DNA of 64,000 bases from an uncultured Chloroflexia bacterium (GTDB lineage Bacteria; Chloroflexota; Limnocylindria; QHBO01), in contig CAWHAZ010000005.1 of NCBI GenBank assembly GCA_963827475.1, positions 768,001-832,000 on the forward strand. The letters run 5' to 3'. This document shows, piece after piece, positions 19,377 to 28,232 of the stretch. The position numbers and the translations under genes were made by a program. The notes beneath the pieces are model-generated. The model had not been told where the DNA came from. It did no database searches and saw nothing but the letters and a program-made list of their open reading frames with translations. Within the stretch, counting starts at the first letter, position 1, and every line of letters starts with the position of its first letter.

Positions 19377-20758
19377 CCCACATCGAAATCGCCGAGGACG
19401 TTCAGCCGGGGAGCCTTCCTCCTGGAACGAGCAGCGTCTTCCGCAACCGGAACTTCGTGTTGTTGTGGACGGCCCAGGTCCTGAGCCAGCTGGCGAGCAA
19501 CATGGTCCTCGCCGCGCTCATGGCGGTGGTGGTCGGGACGACCGGCTCGAACACGGCGAACGCCATCCTGATCCTGACCTTCCTCGCCCCGGCGGTCGTC
19601 TTCAGCGCCGTCGCCGGCGTCTTCGTCGAACGCAGCGACGCGCGGATGATCATGCTGCTGTCGAACCTGGGCCGCGCGGTCGGCACGGCCCTGTTCATCG
19701 CCGTCGGCGCGAACGTCTTCCTCATCCTGGTCCTGAACTTCGTGATCTCGACCATCAGCGCATTCTTCGGTCCGGCGGAGCTGATCGCGATCACCCGGCT
19801 CCTCGAGCGCCGGCACCTGATGGCCGCGAACTCGGTGTTCATCCTCACCGTGAATGCCACCTTCGGGATCGGCTTCGGGCTGGTGGGGCCGCTGATCCTG
19901 ACCACGCTCGGCGCGAACGCGGTGTACGTCGTGGTGTCCGTGATGTTCGCGCTCGCCGCGCTGGCGATCGTGCCGCTGCCCAGCGTCAAGCCCGAGAAGG
20001 CGCCGCGGCCGTTCGACGCCCGCATGCTCACCCACGTCGTCGAGGAGCTTCGGGAGGGGATTGCCTTCGTCCAGCGCACCCCGAGGATCGCCTGGTCGCT
20101 GCGCTACCTCGGCATCGGGGCCTCGATCATCGGTGTCCTCGGCGCGCTCGGCCCGGGCTACGCGACCAGCGTCCTCGGCCTCAGCGCGGAGGACATCTTC
20201 TTCATCATGGGCCCGGCCGGCCTGGGCGCGGTGATGGGCATCCTGTTCCTGAACTCGTTCGGGCAGTACATCCCGCGCCGGCTGCTGATCGACGTCGGCC
20301 TGATCCTGGTCGCCGTCATGCTGCTCGGGATCGCGCTCGTGCAGCCGCTGGTCGCCGTGCTCAGCCCCGCGCTGCAGCCGATCGAGGAGAACCTCCCCGA
20401 CCTGCTCGGCGCGCTGCTGTCGGTGATTGCCCTGGTGATCGCGATTGCCTTCGGCGCCGGGATCGCCTACGCCCTGATCGCGATCCCGTCCCAGACCGCG
20501 CTCCAGGAAGAGCTCCCGCCGGACGTCCGCGGCCGAATCTTCGGCATCCTGAACACGCTGCTCTCGGTCGCCAGCTTCCTGCCGGTCCTCGCCGCTCCGA
20601 TCCTGGCCGACGTGATGGACATCTTCTTCCCGGGGCTGGGCATCCCGATCGTCCTGTTCGCGCTGTCCGCCTTCATGATGTGGGTCGGCGCCGTCTCCTG
20701 GCGCAACAACGCGAGGGACGGCCTGCACCGGCGCGAGGAGCCCGGCCAGCCCGCCTGA
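19373..20758 (+). CDS. MFS transporter (DHA3/MFS_3-like)
   Basis: FRNRNF.LLW.AQ.LSQ, about 12 TMs, LQEELP...RGRIFG. Confidence 0.92.
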   Translation: MTHIEIAEDVQPGSLPPGTSSVFRNRNFVLLWTAQVLSQLASNMVLAALMAVVVGTTGSNTANAILILTFLAPAVVFSAVAGVFVERSDARMIMLLSNLGRAVGTALFIAVGANVFLILVLNFVISTISAFFGPAELIAITRLLERRHLMAANSVFILTVNATFGIGFGLVGPLILTTLGANAVYVVVSVMFALAALAIVPLPSVKPEKAPRPFDARMLTHVVEELREGIAFVQRTPRIAWSLRYLGIGASIIGVLGALGPGYATSVLGLSAEDIFFIMGPAGLGAVMGILFLNSFGQYIPRRLLIDVGLILVAVMLLGIALVQPLVAVLSPALQPIEENLPDLLGALLSVIALVIAIAFGAGIAYALIAIPSQTALQEELPPDVRGRIFGILNTLLSVASFLPVLAAPILADVMDIFFPGLGIPIVLFALSAFMMWVGAVSWRNNARDGLHRREEPGQPA

Positions 20759-20846
20759 TCCCGCTGCGCTCACCCCGCGGCCTGACCCGGTCCGCTCGAG
20801 CTTCGACCCTTGCGGCCGCGGCGTACCATGCCGCGAGGAGTTGAGC

Positions 20847-21104
20847 ATGACCGACCCCAAGGACCCGTCCCGGTCATTCGACATTGACACCGGCGAGACG
20901 ACACCGGTCGGTCCGGGCTGGAAGTCGTCGACCTTCGACCCGCACGTCGTCGACTTCGGCCACTACGCCGGGCGCTCCATCGAGGAGCTGGGGGAGACCG
21001 ATCCGGCGTACCTCTACTGGCTCGCCCGCCATCCTGCGGGCGCTCGCTACCGGGAGGAGATCGCCCGCGTGCTCGGGAACCTGCGAGCCCCGGCCGAGTA
21101 CTAG
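20847..21104 (+). CDS. Small protein with FG(K/H)Y.G..DP.YL.WL module
   Basis: DFGHYAGRSIEELGETDPAYLYWLAR; GAGGAG RBS. Confidence 0.7.
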   Translation: MTDPKDPSRSFDIDTGETTPVGPGWKSSTFDPHVVDFGHYAGRSIEELGETDPAYLYWLARHPAGARYREEIARVLGNLRAPAEY

Positions 21105-21111
21105 CCGGGCG

Positions 21112-21381
21112 CTAGGCCACGGCCGCCAGCGTCGTGAAGGCGCCGATCAGGCCACTGCCCGCCGAAAGCCACAGCCAGCCGCGACGCCGGCCCACGATCA
21201 GGGCGGCGACCAGGGCGCCGGCAACCTTGACCGCCGCCACCAGCGGCAGTCCGCCCACCGCGAACAGCTCGCGCGCGACGGGGTTCGCCTCGCCGGCGAT
21301 GCCATAGAGACCGATGGCCAGGCCGAACACCGCGAGATCGGCGAGATGGGTGGCGATGGTGGCGGTAACCGGGCCGGTCAT
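21112..21381 (-). CDS. Small membrane protein (E.NP motif, DUF5658-like)
   Basis: Three hydrophobic segments, GEANPV; GAGG RBS. Confidence 0.55.
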   Translation of the reverse strand: MTGPVTATIATHLADLAVFGLAIGLYGIAGEANPVARELFAVGGLPLVAAVKVAGALVAALIVGRRRGWLWLSAGSGLIGAFTTLAAVA

Positions 21382-21462
21382 GATTCATCCTCGGGTGCGG
21401 GGTCACCGTACTCCGGACCGGCGCATGCTCGCTGGCCAGGCGGCTGATTCGCGGTCCCTGAA

Positions 21463-21492
21463 TTGACCGTCCGCGGCGCGGTCCGGCACAAT
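21463..21492 (+). promoter_or_regulatory. sigma70-type promoter of tRNA-Val
   Basis: TTGACC-18 nt-CACAAT, 11 nt before the tRNA. Confidence 0.6.
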
Positions 21493-21503
21493 CGGCTCCC
21501 CTC

Positions 21504-21580
21504 GGGCGGCTAGCTCAGCTGGTTAGAGCACTTGCTTGACATGCAAGAGGTCACTGGTTCGAGTCCAGTGTCGCCCACCA
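21504..21580 (+). tRNA. tRNA-Val(GAC)
   Basis: Acceptor stem GGGCGGC/GTCGCCC, anticodon arm CTTGC-TTGACAT-GCAAG, TTCGA, CCA. Confidence 0.97.
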
Positions 21581-21632
21581 CTACCGATTCACCCTCCGCG
21601 TCAGCGCCTGAGCGCGTCTAGACTCTCGGCCC

Positions 21633-22016
21633 ATGCCGCGCGACCCGAACATTCCCGAGGCATTCGACGTCTACACGCTGGTCCTGCTGCGTCGACCGCC
21701 CGATGCGCCGGAGATGTCCGACGAGGAGCTCGACGCCCTCCAGGCCCGCCACCTCGCGTACCGAGCGGAGCTCCGTCGCCAGGGCATGCTGGTCGTCAAC
21801 GGCCCGTTGGGCGAGCAGTCTGACACGACCTTGCGCGGCCTCTCGATCTTCGCCTGCGGCCTCGATGAAGCCGCGCGGCTCAGTGACGCCGATCCATCGG
21901 TCCAGGCCGGGCGCCTGGCGTACGACCTCATGGAGTGGTGGGTGGCGGCCGACACCCTCGCGTTCCCGGGAGCGCAGCAGACGGTCGGTGTCCGGCGCGC
22001 GTTGCCCGAGGACTGA
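21633..22016 (+). CDS. YciI family protein
   Basis: HLAY...L...G.L...GP, A....DP.VQAGRL. Confidence 0.85.
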   Translation: MPRDPNIPEAFDVYTLVLLRRPPDAPEMSDEELDALQARHLAYRAELRRQGMLVVNGPLGEQSDTTLRGLSIFACGLDEAARLSDADPSVQAGRLAYDLMEWWVAADTLAFPGAQQTVGVRRALPED

Positions 22017-22083
22017 TCCTCGCAAGGCGCCTCGACCCTTGAAGGCTCGGACGACCTCCAGGAGCAGAGGCTAGGCTTCAGGC

Positions 22084-23946
22084 GTGCCTCTGACCACGGA
22101 ACCCGCGACGGCGGTGCGCACGGACCTGCGCAACCTCGCGATCATCGCCCACGTCGACCACGGCAAGACGACGCTGGTGGACGCCATGCTGCGCCAGACC
22201 GGGACGTTTCGCGCCAACGAGGCGCTGGTCGATCGGGTCATGGATTCCATGGATCTCGAACGGGAGCGCGGGATCACGATCCTCGCCAAGCAGACGACCG
22301 TGGACTACCAGGGCGTCCGCCTGAACATCGTCGACACGCCCGGCCATGCCGATTTCGGGGGCGAGGTGGAGCGGTCCCTCCTGATGGTGGACGCCGTGCT
22401 GCTGCTGGTCGACGCCTCGGAGGGCCCATTGCCGCAGACCCGCTACGTCCTGCGCAAGGCGATGGAGCACCGCCTCCCGGTGATCGTGGCGCTCAACAAG
22501 ATCGATCGGTCCGACGCCCGCCCGGCAGAGGTGCTGGATGACGTCTACGAGCTGTTCATCGACCTCGGCGCCGACGAGCACCAGATCGAGTTCCCGGTCG
22601 TGTACACCAACGCCAAGGCGGGGACGGCCACCCGGGATCTGGGAACGCCCGGCACGGACCTGCGCCCGCTGCTGGACGTCCTGGTCGCGGTGACTCCCGC
22701 ACCGACCTATACCGATGGCCATCCGCTCCAGCTGCTCGTGACCAACCTGTCGGCCAACGACTACGTCGGGCGGATGGCCGTGGGGCGGATCCGGAACGGG
22801 ACGATTCGGACCGGGCAGCGGATCACCGTCGTCCGCGAGGAAGCCGCCGATACCGCCGGGGAGGTCGAGCCGGGTCGAACCGTGACCCTCGCCGGGACCG
22901 TCACCGCGCTCCAGACCGCGCGCGGGATCGACCGGGTGGACATCGCCGACGCCGGGCCGGGAGACATCGTGTCCGTGGCCGGCCTTCCCGAGGTGACCAT
23001 CGGCGACACCCTGACCGATCCAGCCGACCCGCGACCGCTGCCCCGGTTGGACGTGGACGAGCCCACCCTGCGGATGACCTTCGGGGTGAACACCTCGCCC
23101 CTTGCCGGTCGCGACGGGAAGCGGCTCACCACCCGCCAGATCCGGTCGCGGCTCGAGAAGGAGGTGCTGGGCAACGTCTCGATCGAGTTCGCGCCGACCG
23201 CCACCGAGGACGTGTTCGAGGTTCGGGGCCGTGGAGAGCTCCAGCTGGCCGTCCTGATCGAGCAGATGCGCCGCGAGGGGTACGAGCTGACCGTCAGCCG
23301 ACCCGAGGTGATCCTGCGGACGGTGGACGGGGAGACCGAGGAGCCGTACGAGCGGATCACGGTCGACATCCCGCCCGACTACATCGGTCCGGTCCAGACC
23401 GCGCTGGCGGCCCGGAAGGCCCGCCTGGAGCAGATGACGACCGATGCGGACGGGCGTGTTCGGCTCGAATACATCATTCCCACCCGCGGCCTGATCGGGT
23501 ATCGCGGCCAGCTCCTGACCGAGACGCGGGGGACGGCGCTGCTCCACCAGATCGGCGAGGGGTATGGGCCGTGGGCCGGCGAGGTCACCCACCGGACGAA
23601 TGGGGTCCTGGTGGCCGATCGGTCGGGGACCTCCACCGCCTATGCCCTGTTCAACCTCCAGGAGCGCTCCGAGCTGCTCATCGGCTCGGGGGAGGAGGTC
23701 TACGAGGGCATGATCGTGGGCGAGAACGCGCGGAGCGGCGACATGGACGTGAACCCCACCAAGGAAAAGAAGATGTCCAATGTCCGGTCCCATGGCCCGG
23801 AGGACTCGCTCCGGCTGACGCCGCCGCCGCCCGTGACCCTGGAGTCGGCGATCGAGTTCATCGCCGCCGACGAGCTGGTCGAGGTGACCCCCAGCGCGAT
23901 CCGGATGCGGAAGCGGGTTCTTCGCCGAGACGATCGCCCGCGCTGA
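22084..23946 (+). CDS. typA: Translational GTPase TypA/BipA
   Basis: [50 protein letters not shown]. Confidence 0.97.
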   Translation: MPLTTEPATAVRTDLRNLAIIAHVDHGKTTLVDAMLRQTGTFRANEALVDRVMDSMDLERERGITILAKQTTVDYQGVRLNIVDTPGHADFGGEVERSLLMVDAVLLLVDASEGPLPQTRYVLRKAMEHRLPVIVALNKIDRSDARPAEVLDDVYELFIDLGADEHQIEFPVVYTNAKAGTATRDLGTPGTDLRPLLDVLVAVTPAPTYTDGHPLQLLVTNLSANDYVGRMAVGRIRNGTIRTGQRITVVREEAADTAGEVEPGRTVTLAGTVTALQTARGIDRVDIADAGPGDIVSVAGLPEVTIGDTLTDPADPRPLPRLDVDEPTLRMTFGVNTSPLAGRDGKRLTTRQIRSRLEKEVLGNVSIEFAPTATEDVFEVRGRGELQLAVLIEQMRREGYELTVSRPEVILRTVDGETEEPYERITVDIPPDYIGPVQTALAARKARLEQMTTDADGRVRLEYIIPTRGLIGYRGQLLTETRGTALLHQIGEGYGPWAGEVTHRTNGVLVADRSGTSTAYALFNLQERSELLIGSGEEVYEGMIVGENARSGDMDVNPTKEKKMSNVRSHGPEDSLRLTPPPPVTLESAIEFIAADELVEVTPSAIRMRKRVLRRDDRPR

Positions 23947-23976
23947 ACGGGCGGTGGTCCGGCTATCCTCCGGCCC

Positions 23977-24525
23977 ATGCAGCACGCCGCCACTGGCACG
24001 CACGACCCGGACCCGATCGACGAGCCAAAGGCCTACCAGGATCTGCTCGTCGGGCTCGTCGGCGACGACGACCCGGCCGAGGTCCAGGCCGCCACGCCCG
24101 GCGTCATGCGGGCCATCCTCGCGGAGGCTGGGTCCGACGCGAGGACCAGGCCGGAGGCGGGGGAGTGGTCGGTCCTCGAGTGCGTGGCGCACATCAGCGA
24201 TGCCGAGATCGTCTATGCCGGCCGCTACCGATGGATCCTGGCCCACGACCAGCCCGAGCTCATCGGCTACGACCAGGACCTGTGGGTCGACCGGCTTCAT
24301 CAGCCGGTCGAAGACGCCGCGCAGCTGCTCGCCCTGTTCGAGCCCCTTCGACAGGCGAACCTCGCCCTCTGGGCGCGGACGCCCGCTGCCGACCGCGAGC
24401 GGGTCGGTCTCCATCGCGAGCGGGGACCGGAGAGCTTCGCGCTGTCCTTCACCCTGATCGCGGGGCACGACCGGCTCCACCTCGCGCAGGCGCGGCGCGC
24501 CCTCGAGCAGGTGCGAGGGGGCTGA
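23977..24525 (+). CDS. DinB family protein
   Basis: RPEAGEWSVLECVAHI.D.E, GHDRLH. Confidence 0.88.
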   Translation: MQHAATGTHDPDPIDEPKAYQDLLVGLVGDDDPAEVQAATPGVMRAILAEAGSDARTRPEAGEWSVLECVAHISDAEIVYAGRYRWILAHDQPELIGYDQDLWVDRLHQPVEDAAQLLALFEPLRQANLALWARTPAADRERVGLHRERGPESFALSFTLIAGHDRLHLAQARRALEQVRGG

Positions 24526-24528
24526 TCG

Positions 24529-24969
24529 CTGACCATCCTGCTCCTGATCCACGTCATCGCCGCGATCGTGGCGGTCGGCGCCAACCTGACGTATGCGATC
24601 TGGTTCCGCGCGGCGGGCACCGACCAGGATCGGCTCGTGTTCGTGATCCGGACCGTGCGCGCGATCGACAGCCGGGTCGCGAACCCGGCCTACATCGTGC
24701 TGCTGATCACCGGCGTGCTCATGGTCCTGAGCGGCGCCTACAGCTTCACGACCGGTTGGATCCTGGCGGCCATCGGCCTGTACATCGCGACCGCGGTGAT
24801 CGGGATCGCGGCCTTTGGTCCGGCCATCCGGCGCCAGCTGGTCGAGGCCGAGCGTGGCGTGGACTCGGACGCCTACCGGGCCGCCGCCTCGCGCTCAACG
24901 GCGTTCGGCATCCTGACCACCGTCCTCGTCCTGCTCATCGTCGTGCTGATGGTGACCAAGCCGTTCTGA
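24529..24969 (+). CDS. DUF2269 family membrane protein
   Basis: HVIAAIV.VG, C-terminal LMVTKPF; start is CTG, or an indel in a TGATG overlap. Confidence 0.8.
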   Translation: MTILLLIHVIAAIVAVGANLTYAIWFRAAGTDQDRLVFVIRTVRAIDSRVANPAYIVLLITGVLMVLSGAYSFTTGWILAAIGLYIATAVIGIAAFGPAIRRQLVEAERGVDSDAYRAAASRSTAFGILTTVLVLLIVVLMVTKPF

Positions 24970-25030
24970 CCCCGGTCCGCGGTACCTATCTCCCATATCG
25001 GGCGGAGGCTCCGCCCGCCACCCTCCGGCC

Positions 25031-25207
25031 ATGCCGTTCCTGCCGGCAGAGCCGATCACCATCCTGTTGACCCTCGGTGGCCTCATCCTGGGCACCATGG
25101 CCTACGCTCGCATCCTGCGCCGGCGCCACCAGGTCCGGCGGATGGATCGCGAGGCGGACGCCGAGCAGCTCCGAGGCCTCGTCCGCGTCACCCTGATCGG
25201 CCACTGA
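25031..25207 (+). CDS. 58-aa single-TM protein (below the ORF track cutoff)
   Basis: MPFLPAEPITILLTLGGLILGTMAYARILRRRHQ...; GC-rich third codon positions; fills the intergenic gap. Confidence 0.6.
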   Translation: MPFLPAEPITILLTLGGLILGTMAYARILRRRHQVRRMDREADAEQLRGLVRVTLIGH

Positions 25208-25272
25208 GCCGCCTCCGGCGCGTGGCGCCGGACCCTTCCCGCGCGGACGCGCCGGCGCTACCATGAGCGGCC

Positions 25273-25695
25273 ATGGACGTCGAAGCCGCGCTCGCGGCCA
25301 CCCCACTCCTGTCGAGCATCGACAAGAAGACGATCAAGCGCCTCGCCGAGCAGGGAAAGCACCGCCACTACGAAGCCGGCGAGACGATCGTGCGCGAAGG
25401 TGCGCCGGCATCCGCGCTGTACATCATCCTGAGCGGCAAGGTTCACGTCGAGCGGTCGGAGGGGGACGGCGCCCCGGTCGCGCTGCTGGGCCCGGGCGAC
25501 TTCTTCGGGGAGCTGGCGCTCATCGAGGAGCACCCCCGCAGCGCGAGCTGCGTGGCGGACACCCCGACCGATTGCATCCTGTTCGTGGCCTGGGAGTTCA
25601 CCGCGCTGCTGAAGGAATACCCGGACATGGCGATCCCGCTCATGAACGCGCTGATCGCCCGCCTCCACCGCCGCGAGCACCACATCATCCCCTAG
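25273..25695 (+). CDS. Stand-alone cyclic nucleotide-binding domain protein
   Basis: GETIVREG, LYIILSGKV, FFGELALI..PRSAS. Confidence 0.92.
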   Translation: MDVEAALAATPLLSSIDKKTIKRLAEQGKHRHYEAGETIVREGAPASALYIILSGKVHVERSEGDGAPVALLGPGDFFGELALIEEHPRSASCVADTPTDCILFVAWEFTALLKEYPDMAIPLMNALIARLHRREHHIIP

Positions 25696-26294
25696 GGCTG
25701 GAGCCGCCTCCGGTCCCACCCGCCGTCCGGTCGGCGGCGATACTCGATTCGGTCGTGCAGCCGGTCCTCCCGGCTTTCCCACAGCTCCACCACCTCCGGC
25801 ATGAGCCGATAGCCGCCCCAGAAGGGCGGCCGCGGGATGGGCCGGTCAGCGAACCGGGCGGCCGTGGCCTCCACCCGGGCCTCCAGCGCCGCCCGATCCG
25901 CGATCGGCTCGCTCTGCGCCGATGCCCAGGCCGCGAGCTGGTGGCCGGCCGGCCGTGAGGCCCAGTAGGCGTCAGATTCGGCGTCGGGGAGCGGCTGCAC
26001 CGGACCGCTGACCCGGACCTGGCGGTTCGTGCGCTCCCACCAGAACACGGCGGCGGCGTACGGGTTGACGACCAGGTCACGGCCCTTGGCGCTGTCGCGG
26101 TTGGTGTAGAAGCGCAGGCCGTCCGGCTCGATCCCGCCGAGCAGCACGAACCGCGCGCTGGGTCGGCCGTCCGCATCCGAGGTGGCCAGCGCGAATGCGG
26201 TCGGGAGCCGATGTCCGGCCGTCTCCGCCTCCGTCACCCAGTCCGCCAGCTCGACGAGCGGGTCGGAGTCGAGATCGTCCGGGTCCAGGGGCAT
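25692..26294 (-). CDS. pdxH: Pyridoxamine 5'-phosphate oxidase
   Basis: PSARFVL, FYTN..S.KG, RQVRV.G, AWAS.QS, WGGYR, RLHDR, RLQP. Confidence 0.94.
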   Translation of the reverse strand: MPLDPDDLDSDPLVELADWVTEAETAGHRLPTAFALATSDADGRPSARFVLLGGIEPDGLRFYTNRDSAKGRDLVVNPYAAAVFWWERTNRQVRVSGPVQPLPDAESDAYWASRPAGHQLAAWASAQSEPIADRAALEARVEATAARFADRPIPRPPFWGGYRLMPEVVELWESREDRLHDRIEYRRRPDGGWDRRRLQP

Positions 26295-26297
26295 CGG

Positions 26298-27525
26298 TCA
26301 GGACGGGGCTGAGGCCGGTCGCTCGGTGAGCACCTCGAGCAGGGCGTTGGCGAGGCGCTCGAACTGGTCGAGGTCGTTGTGGAGCGCGGCGCTGATCCGG
26401 ACCAGCCTTCGCCATGGGCCGCCGTCGGGGCGCTGGGGCCACGGAGTGACCATGACCTGGAAGCCACGGGCCAGCAGTCCGTCGTGGACCGGGTCCCCGT
26501 ACAGGTCCACGCCCTGGACCCGGCCCGCGGCCGACTCCTCGGGGAGCGGGACGCTGGCCATCGAGCCGATCATCGCGTCCGGAGCCGGCGCGGTGATGGC
26601 CAGCGCGGTGCACAGCAGGTCGCGGCCGCGAAGGGCGAGGTCACGGTTCCGCAGCCTGACCGCCGGCCACCCACCGGGCAGCAGCCCGCCGAGGAGCTCG
26701 ATGGCCTGTCGGGACCGCGAGCCACGCGCTCGGGTCGCGGGTGCCGGTCCAGTCGGACTCGAGCCGGAACCGCGACCGATCGGTCCGCTCGGAGTTCGCC
26801 CCGTGGCTGACGACCAGCGGGTGGAAGCTGTCTTGACGGTCGCGCCGGACGTGGATGAACGCCGCGCCCTTCGGGGCGCAGACCCACTTGTGCAGGTTGC
26901 CGGCGTAGTACGCCGCACCCAGCCGGTCGAGCTGGACGTCGAGCATTCCCGGCGCATGGGCGCCGTCGACGAGGGTATCGACCCCGCGGGCCGACAGCTC
27001 CGCCACCAGCTCGTCGACGGGGAAGGCAAGTGCGGTGGCCGAGGTGACGTGATCGACCACGGCGAGGCGGGTGCGCGGGGTGACCGCGGCGAGGACTCGG
27101 TCCAGTACGTCCTCGGGGCCGATGACCGGGAAGGGAAGCGGAACGGTCACCACCCGGGCACCGGCCGTGGCGGCCGCGGCCGCCAGGACGTTGCGGCAGG
27201 CGTTGTACTCGTGGTCGGTGGTCAGCAGCTCGTCGCCGGCGTGCAGCGGGAGCCAGCGGAGGACGGCGTTCACGGCCGTGGTCGCGTTGTCGACGAAGGC
27301 GAGGTCGTCCGGATCGGCGCCGACAAACGTGCCGAGCGCGCCGCGCGCCTCGTCGAGCAGGCCCTCCAGGTCGCGGGAGAAGAACGCGATCGGCTCCCGC
27401 TCCATCCGCTGCCGGATCGCGGCCTGGGCGTCGAGGACGGCGGTGGGAGTGGCGCCGAAGGTGCCGTGGTTCATGAAGTCGACCGTGGGGTCGAGCGGCC
27501 ACAGGGGTCGGAACTCGGACGGCAT
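26298..27525 (-). CDS. Class V PLP enzyme (isopenicillin N epimerase / cysteine lyase-like; frameshift near 26710)
   Basis: NHGTFGA, NATTAVN, DHVTS.TA, VDGAHAPG, GNLHKW..APKG. Confidence 0.88.
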
Positions 27526-27545
27526 GCGGCGGCTATCGTAGAACG

Positions 27546-28230
27546 ATGGCCTCGCCGCTCACCCCGGTCCTCTCCCCGCCGGCGGCGGTGATCTGCGACC
27601 TCGACGGGACGCTGGTGGACACCGTTCCGACGCGCATCGAGGCATGGATGGAGACGTTCGCCGCGGTCGGCCTGCCGGCCGACCGCGACCACGTCGCGTC
27701 CCTCATCGGCTCCGACGGGAAGTGGCTCGCGCGAGCGCGTTGCCGAGCGCGCGGACCGTGCCCTGACCGCCGACGAGGCCGAGGCCATCGATCGGCGCGC
27801 GGGAGCGCGGTACGGGGAGCTGAACACCGATCCCCAGCCGTTGCCCGGAGCCGGCGCGTTCCTCGATGCGCTCGAGGCAGCCCGGATCCCGTGGGCGGTG
27901 GCGACCTCCTCGCGGCCCGCCCAGGTCCAAGTGTCGGTCATCGCCCTCGCTCGAGAGACGGAGCCGGTGGTGGTCGACGGCCTCGCGGTCGAGCGGGCGA
28001 AGCCCGAACCGGATCTCCTGCTCGCGGCCGCCGACCGCCTGGGGATCCGCCCGGAGGATTGCTGGTGCGTCGGTGACTCCCGCTGGGACGTGCTCGCCGC
28101 CGTGGCCGCCGGCATGATCCCGGTTGGGGTGGTCACCGGCGCCGCCTCGGCGACCGACCTGCGCGCTGCCGGCGCGGTGGCCGTCGTCGATCGCCTGGAC
28201 GACCTCATCGGTCACCTTCGACCCGGCTGA
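27546..28230 (+). CDS. HAD-superfamily hydrolase (frameshift near 27730)
   Basis: DLDGTLVD, ATSS, KPEPD, VGDS.WD. Confidence 0.88.
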
Positions 28231-28232
28231 CG

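Noticed and set aside
4311-21580. tRNA genes as integration sites of an island
   Set aside because: No integrase was seen, and no duplicated tRNA 3' end was noticed by eye.
24523-24525. In-frame TGA between dinB and DUF2269 as selenocysteine or readthrough
   Set aside because: Both domains are complete, unrelated families; no SECIS-like element or Cys-equivalent position is evident.
22078-24552. Long antisense and alternative-frame ORFs (also 58209..61334, 43428..45539, 19343..20890 and others)
   Set aside because: Shadow ORFs expected from high GC and codon bias opposite well-identified genes; no recognisable motifs.
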